DNA from: Octopus bimaculoides
Taxonomy: Eukaryota
Reading direction: 5' to 3'
Assembly (NCBI RefSeq): GCF_001194135.2
Contig: NC_068982.1
Coordinates: 65,707,408-65,771,407, forward strand
DNA: 64,000 nucleotides
The notes under the pieces are model-generated. The model saw only the letters and a list, made by a program, of their open reading frames with translations, was not told where the DNA came from and searched no databases. Below are positions 14,038-26,500 of the stretch, piece by piece (within the stretch, counting starts at the first letter, position 1; every line of letters begins with the position of its first letter). Both the position numbers and the translations under genes were made by a program.

Positions 14038-14107
14038 GGGTCCAGAGGTTCAGTTCTGATCTATGTATGCTACTGCATACATAGATCAGAACTGGATTTC
14101 TGGACCC
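14038..14107. repeat. Hairpin with a perfect 20-bp stem
   Basis: cagttctgatctatgtatgc (14051-70), loop tact, gcatacatagatcagaactg (14075-94); outer gggtccaga/tctggaccc pairing extends it. Confidence 0.85.
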
Positions 14108-14217
14108 AAATGCATATGTAACATTTGCTTTCCAGAATTGGATATTACAGATTAACAAATTAAATCCATAGACAACCATTCTTCATATCACATCTGTAAT
14201 CTCTATGATAGATTATA

Positions 14218-15080
14218 CTAGCACTATAACCCAGCTTTGCTCGGGATTAAGTTAGGATTACCTGAGTAATACCATCAATTGAGGCAAATTTGGCACCCGA
14301 ACGTAAGTTTTGTAAGAGGAATAGAGAGGCCTATCTTCTCCCGCAGAGATGTGAGAGTCAGATCTCTCCTTTCGAAAACATGAACAGTTTCGTAACATTG
14401 TTTACAAAATAATAGCTGATCGTTTGCGAAGGAGCGTGTCTACAGTCAACACTTACGATTTTTGCTCTGGTAACTTCTGCTCTCTCCCATGTTCACGCAC
14501 GACCAGCTATATGTCACTATAAGTAGAGCAATGCATTCAGCAAATTTGGAAATTAGTTGTGGAGAAACGGAGAATATCGTTTATATTGTGTGTATATATA
14601 TATATATATATACACATACGGGCAACACACACACGTACGTACACCTATTGCATACGTGTTTTGTACGCATACATGTTCGTGTGTGTGTGTGTGACTGAAG
14701 CCATTCACACATACATAACAACCCCTGTCTGTCTGTTTTTGTCTGTCAGTCACTCACTAAAAAGACAAAATTTTAAAAATCTGTTATCTCTCTCTTTACA
14801 CCGTAGCTAGAAGGGGACCTAACTCATGTTTGCAAATGCTGATGTATTTCTCCGACTTGAAAATTGTTAGAAGTTATGGTTTAAAATTATTTTTAGTGCA
14901 AAAATTCACCCCTTAGAAAGCAAAAAATAAAAAAATAAATGGCCGATTCCGGACATTTTCAACTATGAGGAATCCATTAGTGCGACTCCCAGATTGCTAT
15001 TTTGTAAGGTGTGGATTTCTATAGATGCAGCACACATACACACACTCGCAAACTCAGCTTTACAATATGTACTGATAGTT
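14218..15080 (-). mobile_element. Non-autonomous Helitron-like element
   Basis: Minus-strand end cccgagcaaagctgggttatagtgCTAG|t (hairpin plus CTAG). Internal microsatellite. PIF1-helicase C-terminal remnant FTHDQLYVTISR...TENIVY on the plus strand (14489-14585). Confidence 0.6.
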
Positions 15081-15599
15081 CATTTAGGCCGGTAAGCAAT
15101 GAATTAAGGGAGTTTTGGCTGAAATTTCTTGCAGGTTGAGCAACTGCTTTGAAGCTCCTTCGTTGGCTAGAAAAGAGAATTGTTTTGAGTATGGAGCATT
15201 ATATAATAACAGATTCTATAGTAAGTACAGGCAAAAAATCTAATTGTTAGTTTACAAACACTCATCTACCATTAAACACATCTGGAGAAATATGTGACAC
15301 TACATGCTAGATATGTGTAAATTTTGAAGATTAGTTTGAATGGAAAATACTTAGGTATTTTAATAAGAGAGACCACAAAAGGAGTGATATAAATACAAAT
15401 GTGAGAAATTTTAAGTAAAAAAGCTCAACAACCCACCAAAAAGGAAATGTTGGCTGACTAATCTGATGTTTGTTAAAGTTTTTACAAGCAAAACATCTGT
15501 TATTGCAAAATTCAAGTTGATAGAGTGTATAGTTTGGAGATCACTCCAGGTTAAAATGCTACTTCTCTGCATTGAGAGGTCATAGTTCCGGTACTACAG

Positions 15600-18500
15600 A
15601 CATGTAGTTAGAATGTTACAGGAAATGCAAGATAGACTCTATAAGCTAAGCCCACTAGCAGGAGACTTATGAGTAGACCAAGTACAAAAACAAATATCCA
15701 CAGTATCAGTTTATCACATTCAGAAATCGATCTGAAAAATCTAATGTGGTGGTTTCTGATAGGACCATATAGGGGAAGTGCCTGAGAACTTTCCTGTATC
15801 CGTAAGATCAAAGTTGTGGCCAGAGCAGGTCTCATAGCTCTGTGTCTGGAGAGAAATGCGTTGATGCTGTACCTCAAGATGGATGAAAGAGACCAACTGA
15901 ATGTGGCCAAGATGGAGCAGCAGATAAAAGAAGCCTTTACAGAAGGATCATATGTTGCATCTGCCAAGCTGGGAACAGTCAGGCGGACAGGGGAACAGAT
16001 AGACGTGTACACAGCAGAGGTTCGGAGACTGGCCATGCCATCTGGTTTTATCAGAGAGGGACTAGAATGGGTGGCATGATTGGCTTTCATAAATAGCTTC
16101 CCTAACGACATATCGGTGTGACTGCAAACAACTGGCAGGCAGTGAGAAAATGGTGATAAGTGAGCTCATTGCTCAAGCCCACATGTCAACACAAAACACC
16201 AGGAGGAATGCAGTGGCAATGGCAGCTATGGAAGCCCACAATGTTATGCAATGATCAGTAAAGAATGAAGAGAGAAAAACTGCCATGGAGCAGCAGTGAC
16301 TGTTTATGGGCTGGTGTTTCAAGTACCACAGACCACACAAGACAAAGGACTGTGTGGAGACGAAGCCTGCACGCATTTGCTACTGGTGCAGGCAGACAGG
16401 GCATATTGCTTGAAAGTGCAACAAGGGAAAAGGCCATGGGGAAGTTGTTGCCTCTCAAACTTCCCTCATAGACAAGTAGAGGCTCTCATGCAGTTGCTGC
16501 CAGTAGTTGAAGTCCTGGTCGGAAGAAAGGTTTGCAGAGCCCTTGTAGATACAGTTAGTACAACGTCTATTGTGACCCCAAGGGTGACAAAAAAATGGCA
16601 AGTGATGAGTAGTGTTTGGGCTGTTGATAGCAGCAAAATTGGATGAAATGGTAGCAGTGAAGTGGAGATAGCGGTGCGGGGCACAACACTGAGGCTGCAG
16701 GTGATTGTGATCGACCATGTGGTAGATGGAATGGATGAAGGTGTCAGTGTCAGTGGAGACATGGTTTCATTTGGTGGTACAGGGGCATCATGCACTCTAA
16801 GTCTGCAACATGAGATGGGGCACAGCTCCATGGGGGATTGTACTGCTTACACCATTGAAGATAAAAATTTTCAAGCAGTATTTGATGGTCAGCGGTGGAC
16901 GGTAGAGTGTCGTGGGAAAGGGAAGCCCCCAACATTGAAGAACAAGCTAAGCTGTTATCAGTATACTTTGAAAGGAGGTGCCAGAAATGAGTTTGAAGGA
17001 GAGGTAGAGAGATGGACCAAAGAGGGTATCCTTATCCCTTGGAAGGAGGAAGTGAAGAGTGGAGTGCTTCCACTAATGGCAGTGGTGCAGTCAATGAAGG
17101 GCAAAACCAGGCCAGTACTGGACTTTTGAGAGATGAATGGCCATGTATTGTGCCCTACGGACAGCAATGTGGCTGATGTCTGTGGGGAAACATTGCAAGA
17201 ATGGAGATGGATGATAAGGGTGGCAACAATTGTTGACTTGAAGTTGGCATATCTGCAGCTTCATGTGAGTGAGAAACTGTGGTGGTATCAGCTGGTGTGA
17301 TATAAGGGCCAGACATACTGTTTGACTTAGGCTGGGTTTTGGGTTGAATTCCACGCCAAAGATCATGGCAAAAGGGCTCAAATCTATCCTGGGAAAGGTG
17401 GACAAGGTAAAAAAGGCTACCAATTCCTATATAGATGACATCCTAGAAGACAAGACTGTAGCATCTACCGCAGAGGCCAATAAGTCACCTAAAGAAGTTC
17501 AGGCTGACTGCAAAACCACCAGAGCCAATGGTTGGAAGAGCTGCACTGGAGCTCAAGCTTCAAAGAGACAAAACAGTAGTGTTGATGTTTCAGAGGGGAA
17601 ATGAGATTCTGGAACTAGGTAGCAGCATCAACGGACAAGAACTATTCTCAATGACAAGAACTATTCTCAATGTGATGGTAGCAATGATGCAGAACCTAGA
17701 GAGGGTATGAGCAGAAGACCTAGTAAGAGGAAGCTGCTATGTGCCCAAATTGGAGAACAGGATGCTAGCAGTATAGTGATACAGTTTATCCTGGAAATTG
17801 GAGGTGTCAAACTGGAGGACACAGCCTGGCTCTGCAAAGCAGATGTTTACAATCACATCAATGTGGCTGAGTTGGATGCAGTGCTGAAGGGGGTGAATGT
17901 GACCCTGAGATGGAGGCTGTGCTCTATCAAAATCTGAACTGATTCAATCACAGTGCTTGGATGGGTAGTAAAGCGTTTGTTAGTAAAGTGCTACCTAAGG
18001 GTTCTGGGAGAACTAGCTGCCGAATTTGGTTTGAAGCTGAGTGTGATCTTTATGCCTCAGAAAGGAATAAGACAGACATTCTAACCAGGCTGAAAAAGGC
18101 CTGGTTGGTGGTGCCGGAAGATTCGGAGTGGGGGATAGCTGCAGTGTGTCGGCTAGGTGACTCAGAACTAAGGAAACTACATGCCATGTATCATATAGGT
18201 GTGGATAGAACCCTGTGTCTTGTCAGGAGGGTTGACTCTGACATTACTAGGCAGAGCATTCAAAAGGTGGTCAGGAGTTGTGATAGGTGTCAATCAATCG
18301 ACTCTCTCTGGGTGTGAATGAACCACAAAACATCTCAGTAGAGTACAACTGGAGACAATTGGCAGTGGATGTGACACACTACCAGCAGGGGACATAGCTC
18401 TCGATGGTTGAATGTGGACTGGGTTGGATAGCCATATGGAGGGAAATGAAGATAGGCACTGCAGATGAGGTTGCACATAATCTGAATGAGATATTCCAGG

Positions 18501-19400
18501 AGTGGGGCTTGTGGACGAATTGCTGATGGACAATGGCACCGCATTTCATTCGGAGATGCTTGATAGGTGGAATGTGCATTGCTTCTTCAGAGCGGCGTAC
18601 AGGCCAAGTGGAAGAGGGATTGTGGAAAAACACCATCACACGATCAAGGCCATGGCAGAGAGAGAACACATCTCACTACTGAAAGCGGTATTTTGGTACA
18701 ATATTTTTGTCCTGAGGAATCTGTACTACACAGGGTGATATTAAAGTATGAATGGCAGCATCTGTGTACAACATCATTACATACTGTGGAAGAGAGAGAG
18801 AACCTACCTTCGTACAGGTAGGTGATGAAGTCTGAGTGAAGTCCCCAAAGGCACACTGCACTTTGCAGTAGAACAGAGAGACAGTGATGGTTGTTAATTC
18901 AAAAAATAATATCTCTGTGGATGGAATGCTACTCACCTTTTGGATGTTCACAGAACTGTTGCTTCATTGAGCGACAAAGGTGGAGGAGACGAAATGAGCA
19001 GTGCTTCAGCTCTGTAGAGATCACAGCAAGTGAGACATCCACCCAGGTGGATGGTAGATTTCAACCTGAATTGAAGTGAGTAGGTGATCTTTGAGATCAG
19101 GGGAGCATGTGGGCGTGAGGTAAATGGAAGGAAAGGGTCAGTGATGTCAATTACCAAGGGGCCTTAACAGAAGACAAAGAGGGAGTGAGGATGTGGGTAG
19201 AGGTAGGACCAGTATGAGTCCTTTTTCACCTCAAGCAGTTGTCGTGGATGGACATGTGTGAGACAGAGCTTTAGCAGTAGGCTGAAGCAATAAGTAGAAA
19301 GAGTAGGGTGTGTCTTGGATCAAACACAGCTGGACATCTGACACAGAGGTAGGTGAACTGTATTTTGTTCCTCACATTACAGCTCTCTTATATTATAGGA
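15600..19400 (+). mobile_element. Degraded Ty3/Gypsy-type LTR retrotransposon
   Basis: Ordered remnants: gag (LYLKMDERDQLNVAKMEQQIKEAF), protease (ALVDTVSTTSIV), RT (PLMAVVQ...RPVLDF; GLNSTPKIM; SYIDDI), RNase H (HINVAELDAVLKGVN) and integrase (ELLMDNGTAF...PSGRGIVEKHH). The 3' LTR begins TGATCTTTGAGATCAGG at 19085. Outer boundaries approximate. Confidence 0.85.
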
Positions 19401-19742
19401 CTCTAATCCCATGATACTCCGAGGAATTGTGGGTGGACAAGATGGATGGATGGAAGTTAATTACATCTTTGCAATAAATGTGACTCTATTCTCTAATCAT
19501 TCCATTAGTAGATGTTCCATTGTCATTCTTAAACTAGCTTTAAAATAATAACCTTAATTTAATATTTACTTTAAAAAAATATTTCTATGTATGCCATGTA
19601 TTTCAGAGAAAATCAACAAAGAAATTTTTTAAATATTAATTTTTTTTTTAAAGTCCAGGGGGAAGGCAGCAGCCCCACCTCATGTAATATATTACACACA
19701 CACACAAACGCACACACGCACGCACACACACACACACACACA

Positions 19743-20290
19743 CACAGGAGTTGAACAAAATAATGGAAGCACCTTAAAATTTCAAACAAATTTATTTTAA
19801 TATGGGGTAGGACCACGTTTGGCAGTAATTACAGCTTGAATTCTACCAGGTATGGACTCGTACAAAGTTTGAATTGTTTCCAAAGGAATTTTTGTCCATT
19901 CTTCAACTAAAACAGTCTCCAGTTCTTGTAGTGATGATGGTGGAGGATATCGACTCCTTACTTGTTTTTCTAAAATGCACCATAAATGTTCAATAATATT
20001 GAGATCTGGGGACTGTGGTGGCCAGATAAGATGTTCAACTTCTCTAGAATGCTCTTGTGCCATTCAGTAACAACTTTAGCTGGTTGAATTGGTACATTAT
20101 CATGATCAGATAAAATGCTTAAATAGTCTTGACTAATAATTCTGCCATAAAGGGAAACCATTGGGACAGCGGATTTCCAAGATATAGCCCCTCAGATCAT
20201 CACAGATCCTCCTCTATGTTTAACAGCTGGAAGAAAGCAGTCTGGGTCAAATGCTTCTTTTGGATGTCTCCACACGTATACTTGACCGGT
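19743..20290 (-). mobile_element. Tc1/mariner transposon fragment
   Basis: WPPQSPDLNIIEHLW motif in ORF 19797-20063; TIR-like caggagttgaacaaaataatggaagcacc at about 19744. Confidence 0.85.
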
Positions 20291-20319
20291 GATCAGAAAT
20301 AAGGAAAAGGATGACTCGT

Positions 20320-20830
20320 CCGAGAAAATAATATAAGAATAGCCTGGGTAAAGTTCAAAGAGCTCTTACCTCTGCTGGTGACAAAGGGCCTCTCGCTCAA
20401 AGTAAAAGGTAGACTGTATGATGCATGTGTACGAACAACCATGCTACATGGCAGTGAAACATGGGCCGTGACTGCTGGGGACATGCGTAAGCCAGTATGC
20501 TCTACTGGATGTGTAATGTCAGTGTGCATACTCGACAGAGTGTAAGTACCTTGAGAGAAAAGTTGGACCTTAGAAGCATCAGATGTGTGCAAGAGAGACG
20601 ACTGCACTGGTATAGTCACATGGCGAGAATGGATGAGGATAACTGTGTGAAAAAGTGCCACACCCTAGCGGTTGAGAGAACCTGTGGAAGAGGCAGACCT
20701 AGGAAGACCTAGGATGAGGTGGTGAAGCACGAACTTTGAACATTATGCCTCACCGAGGGTAATGACTAGTGACCAAGACCTTTGGAAATATGCAGTGCAT
20801 GAGAAAACCCGGCAAGCTAAGTGAGAACAT
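20320..20830 (+). mobile_element. RTE-clade LINE 3' fragment
   Basis: KVKGRLYDACVRTTMLHGSETWA; RRLHWYSHMARMDEDNCVKKC...GRGRPRKT. Confidence 0.8.
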
Positions 20831-21761
20831 AACCCAAGGCCTATGCCAGGGGTGTAACCAGCCCACTTATGCATACCTTCCCTTCATTGGACACTAAACT
20901 CTACTTGCGAACACCTGTTGAGGCAAGTGAAATTGGAATTGAAATCAAATCAAATTCACAAATTCGATGACTGGCACCCATGCCAGTAGAGTGCTAAGAG
21001 CACCATCCAAGCATGATTGCTGGCAGAGCAGCTGACTGGCTTACATGCCACTGGCACGTAAAAAGCACCATTCGAATGTGTTCGTTACCAGTGTTATCTT
21101 ACTGGCACGTGAGAAAACATTCGAGTGAGATCATTGTCAGTGCTGCTGGACTGGCTCCTGTGCAGGTAGCACGTAAAAATCACCACTTGAGCGTGGCCGT
21201 TGCCAGTACCACCTGACTGGCCCTCATGCTGGTGGCACATTAAAGCACCCACTACACTCTTGGAGTGGCTGGTATTAGGAAAGGCATCCAGCTGTAGAAA
21301 CTCTGCCAGATCAGATTGGAGCCTAGTACAGCCATCTGGTTCACCAGTCCTCAGTCAAATCATCCAACCCATGCTAGCATGGAAAGCGGACATTAAACGA
21401 TGATGATGATGATGATGATGATGATGGGGAGGGACAGTACACACACATGTATATATCTATGTGTATGTCTTTGTGTGTGCGTGTGTGTGTGTGTGTTTGT
21501 TTGTTTGTCCCTCGCCACCACTTGACCACCAATGTTTTTTTTTAAATCCCCATAACTAAACAGTTTAAAAAAAGAGACCAATAGACTAAGTACCAAGCTT
21601 TAAAAATAATTACTGTGGTTGATTTGTTTGATTAAAAGCCTTCAAGGCAGTGCCCCAACATGCTTTTCTACATCCAGATATTCTTTCTGATTGAAACAAG
21701 TAAAAGATAAAAGCTGGAATATACTAAATAGTTCCTTCATGGATAAACATAATGGACTTAC

Positions 21762-21892
21762 GCATCAACTTCATCCTCACAAATAATATTCTCGGCTTCA
21801 GAATGAAGTTCCTTATTTTCTAACTTTGTTTTCTCCTGGACAAAACCTAGAAATACAGCTTTAGCCTGCTGAGCAATTATTAAGTAAGCCAT
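21762..21892 (-). CDS. Bcl-2/Bax-family gene, first coding exon (helix 1)
   Basis: AGCATGG start (A at -3, G at +4), MAYLIIAQQAKAVFLGFVQEKTKLENKELHSEAENIICEDEVD gc|gtaagt, resembling BAX LLLQGFIQDR. There is an upstream in-frame TGA and an acceptor (catttcag) giving an exon start at 21946, so a non-coding upstream exon is likely. Joined CDS is 537 nt, 178 aa. Confidence 0.8.
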
Positions 21893-22230
21893 GCTTTTTT
21901 TCCCTGTATTTCTAAAGATTTTTCAAATTCAAAGACCAAATATTCTCTGAAATGAAACAAATAAATAATTATTAAGGATATGAATATGAAGCAACAAATT
22001 ATTACAGTAATATTATTCTTTTGATCATATTTTCTACTCCAATACTTTTAAGGCAAATGATCTACATATTAGTAAACTGAAATAACTGTAAATCATTGGC
22101 ATTGGCAGTGTCATTATCATTAAGTGCTGATCTCTAACTGTGGAGGGAACCTGTGGTAGAGGTAGACCCAGGAAGACATGGGATGAGGTGGTGAAGCATA
22201 ATCTTTGAACGTTGGGCCTCACAGAGGCTA

Positions 22231-23596
22231 TGTATCGAGTAGGAATAGTCTAATGAGATCGCATATGCCTCTGCTAACATCATATGACCCGATGTTCACA
22301 TCGAAAGTACCCTCTGTATTGGTAGTCTTGACCCACTTGCATTCTCACTGAAGAGTAAAGTCTTTCTAGCATGGAAGATTATGACCTTATCTTGTGTACT
22401 AATTTCTATAAATTCGCTCGCGAAGGTGAGGGCTTTATCTGCGGTATCCGATCCTCATGGCTGGCCCGACCCAAAGAACACTAGAAATAGCAGCTGCTTC
22501 TCCCAACACCTAGACGATCGCTTGGCACATCCTCTCCTCACAACAACCCTGTTCAAAAAGGGCACAAAATCCCGATCGAGGCTCCCTCAGCCCTTCTTCC
22601 TCTTCCGGTCAGTTCACGGTTCCGGTCAGCAGTCAGCTCCCCAGTTGCTGACGTCATACCACATGCCACCCTGATCTTAAAGATCACGTCCGCCCCTACT
22701 CCACTTCGAAGTCCGCCATCCAACCTGGCGGGCGCCTTACGCGTCGAGATCTTCTCAAGCCAGGTGCCTCGTCTCCCACTCCGCACTCTTCATCCGACGA
22801 AGTGGCTATCCTGCACAGGTCCAGCACGTGACGTGGCATTCCATCCACGGATACACTGTTTCTGGAATTGTGCAGAGTGCCTTTGGCGGCTTGACCCAAA
22901 CTTTCTCCGCTCGGCCAATACGCCGCTCTGAATAATCGTCACACCTTCCACCGGTCGAGCATCTCCCCCAACGCTTCAGAACGAAACGCCGCCCCATTGT
23001 TCATTAGCAGTTCTTCCACGGGACCCCTCTCCAAGAATATCCCATTCAAAATCTGGGCGACCTCATCAGCAATGCCTGTCCTCAACTCCCTCCAAATGGC
23101 CAGCCGGCCCGGCCCACAGTCGACCATGGTGAGATACATTCCCTGACAGTAGTGCGTCACATCCACAGCTAGTCTCCTCCAGTTGCGCTCTACTGAGAGG
23201 TTCCCTTGCTCATGCCCACCTGGGGCGGGGTCAATGGACTGGCATCTATCACAGTTCCCAACCACTTTCTTCACGCTTCTACTAGTGACGTCAGCATCAA
23301 TCATCTTCGCTAGATACAGGATCCTATCCACCCCCAAGTGGTGCATAGCATGTAGCTTCTTCAATTTGGAGTCACCCAGCCGACACGCTGCTGCTATCCC
23401 TTTCCTTGCTTCCTCCGGTTCCTCCAGCCACGCCCTTTTCACCCTGGTCAGTGCGTCAACCCTGTTTCTCTCCGAAGGCACGAAAACCACATTCAGCTTC
23501 AGTCCGAACTCGGCAATCAGCTCTCCTAGAACTCCTAGGCGGAATTTCACCAACATCTCCGCGGCACCTTTTGTCCGGACTCTCTTCTCACTGGTA
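22231..23596 (-). mobile_element. Gypsy element 3' end (integrase plus 456-bp 3' LTR at 22231-22686), same family as 15600-19400, truncated by a gap
   Basis: ORF 22939-23556 encodes an integrase (HAMHHLG...CDRC; LAVDVTH; ELLMNNGAAF). A purine-rich tract precedes the LTR, which runs TGATCTTTAAGATCAGG...TACA. It is inserted into an RTE 3' fragment. Confidence 0.85.
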
Positions 23597-26500
23597 ANNN
23601 NNNNNNNNNNNNNNNNNNNNNNNNNNNNNNNNNNNNNNNNNNNNNNNNNNNNNNNNNNNNNNNNNNNNNNNNNNNNNNNNNNNNNNNNNNNNNNNNNNNN
23701 NNNNNNNNNNNNNNNNNNNNNNNNNNNNNNNNNNNNNNNNNNNNNNNNNNNNNNNNNNNNNNNNNNNNNNNNNNNNNNNNNNNNNNNNNNNNNNNNNNNN
23801 NNNNNNNNNNNNNNNNNNNNNNNNNNNNNNNNNNNNNNNNNNNNNNNNNNNNNNNNNNNNNNNNNNNNNNNNNNNNNNNNNNNNNNNNNNNNNNNNNNNN
23901 NNNNNNNNNNNNNNNNNNNNNNNNNNNNNNNNNNNNNNNNNNNNNNNNNNNNNNNNNNNNNNNNNNNNNNNNNNNNNNNNNNNNNNNNNNNNGTTCCCCT
24001 CGCAGACTTAAGGACACAGTAATTGTGTCAAGGCCGACAGGAAGCGGTCCAGCTTCCTAGGGCTAAACGGCAGTAGTGTATTCCCTTATTGGGATTGTCA
24101 CATTAAGTTGACAATATACTACAACTATATATATACTCTTACTCATTTACTTGTTTCAGTCATTTGACTGTGGCCATGCTGGAGCACCACCTTTAGTCGA
24201 GCAAATCGACCCCGGAACTTATTCTTTGTAAGCCTAGTACTTATTCTATCGGTCTATTTTGCCGAACCGCTAAGTGACGGAGACATAAAAACACCAGCAT
24301 CGGTTGTCAAGCAATGCTAGGGAGACACAGACACACAAACACACACAAATATATACATATACAGTTGAAAACACTTGCCCAAGATGCCACGCAGTGGGAC
24401 TGAACCCGGAACCATGTGGTTGGTAAGCAAGCTACTTACCACAAAGCCACTACTGTTTTCTACTATAGCCTCGGGCCGACTAAAGGCCTTGTGAGTGAAT
24501 TTGGTAGACGGAAACTGAAAGAAGTCCGTCGTATATATGTATATGTTTGTGTGTGTGTGTGTGTGTGTATGTTTGTGTGTCTGTGTCTCCCGAGCATTGC
24601 TTGGCAACCGATGCTGGTGTTTTTATGTCTCCGTCACTGTAGGTCTTGTCAAAATTTATAAAGTGCTTTTTTTTTTCTACAATCTGNNNNNNNNNNNNNN
24701 NNNNNNNNNNNNNNNNNNNNNNNNNNNNNNNNNNNNNNNNNNNNNNNNNNNNNNNNNNNNNNNNNNNNNNNNNNNNNNNNNNNNNNNNNNNNNNNNNNNN
24801 NNNNNNNNNNNNNNNNNNNNNNNNNNNNNNNNNNNNNNNNNNNNNNNNNNNNNNNNNNNNNNNNNNNNNNNNNNNNNNNNNNNNNNNNNNNNNNNNNNNN
24901 NNNNNNNNNNNNNNNNNNNNNNNNNNNNNNNNNNNNNNNNNNNNNNNNNNNNNNNNNNNNNNNNNNNNNNNNNNNNNNNNNNNNNNNNNNNNNNNNNNNN
25001 NNNNNNNNNNNNNNNNNNNNNNNNNNNNNNNNNNNNNNNNNNNNNNNNNNNNNNNNNNNNNNNNNNNNNNNNNNNNNNNNNNNNNNNNNNNNNNNNNNNN
25101 NNNNNNNNNNNNNNNNNNNNNNNNNNNNNNNNNNNNNNNNNNNNNCGGAAGGATGAGGAGAGGTCCTTGGAAAATTCACAAGATCCGAGTTTTTCCCTCA
25201 TAACGTTTAGGAAAAAGGGTTGTTTTTTTGTTTTGTTTTTTCAATGAAATGTTATATAAATACCTTTCAAACGGCATACATTACGATTATAAAGAAATTT
25301 GTGGGTAAAAATCTTTTCGGAAAATTCACAAGATCAGAGTTTTTCCCTCATAACTCTGTGTGTATGTGTGTGCGTCAAGTTGTAAACATTATCCTAAGTT
25401 TTTTTGTTGTGTAAGGCCGGAACAATGTGAGAAGGTAAGAAGTGAACTACAAAAGGAAAAGAAAACAAAACAAGGTTGCAATTTTACCTTGTATCTCCAT
25501 ACTTCGGGATTATGACCTCTTTTTCAGACATTAAGAAAAATCGATGGAGAGGGAGGAAGGTGACATGTGTTGACTAGTGTTAATATAGCAATCAATCTGC
25601 TTCGTGTAGTTCCTTCCTGTTGTTAGGGGCTGGTTTCAATTTGTTAATAAGGAGGGCCTCCATGTTTCTTAGATTGCACCTGTTGCGTTGGGTGACCATC
25701 ATGATCGCTACTTTAAAATCCCAGTTTACCAACGCCCGAAACTCTCGAACTTTGAGTCACTCTGTTACTTCTGCTAAATATTAATAAATATATATAATTA
25801 TCTTTAGAAAGGTTCATCAACATAATCGCCATAGAAAATTTCATTAAAAAAAAAAATACCCATTTTTCTTTTAAGTTATGAGTAAAGAAAGCCATCTCGT
25901 GTGAGGTTTTCGAAACTCCTCAACCCACCCTCGGAAAACATTTTTCACAACAAATTTCGATATAATCGGAATTTTCATCACCTGAAGCGTATTTGTAGAA
26001 CATTTCATTGAAAAATATCTAATCTTTTGGAAGTTATGAGACAACAAAGTCTTGGGTGGGGGGCACAAGTGTAGGTATAACTCAATTAGAATATTTTGAA
26101 AAAATAAGGAAACTGATAGTTAACCTTTATTTTGGACAGGGTAGAGATGGACTATATGTAATCTGAACCTCCCCCCCCCCCTTATTTATTAATTTTTTTA
26201 CGGAATCCCACGTTTTAGTCTATGGAGATTCCGATTCTGAAAAATAAAATTTTGAAAAATTTCAATTNNNNNNNNNNNNNNNNNNNNNNNNNNNNNNNNN
26301 NNNNNNNNNNNNNNNNNNNNNNNNNNNNNNNNNNNNNNNNNNNNNNNNNNNNNNNNNNNNNNNNNNNNNNNNNNNNNNNNNNNNNNNNNNNNNNNNNNNN
26401 NNNNNNNNNNNNNNNNNNNNNNNNNNNNNNNNNNNNNNNNNNNNNNNNNNNNNNNNNNNNNNNNNNNNNNNNNNNNNNNNNNNNNNNNNNNNNNNNNNNN

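Noticed and set aside
21890-21946. G_GGA_AAA slippery heptamer that could join an upstream frame (EYLVFEFEKSLEIQGK) to the Bcl-2 ORF by -1 frameshift
   Set aside because: A strong-context ATG follows immediately, no convincing stimulatory structure or upstream coding exon was found, and an A7 homopolymer error is equally possible.
25487-25530. Candidate Bcl-2 first coding exon MSEKEVIIPKYGDT with donor gtaaaa
   Set aside because: It lies within a Penelope-like terminus, has a weak donor, and would need a weak acceptor to stay in frame.
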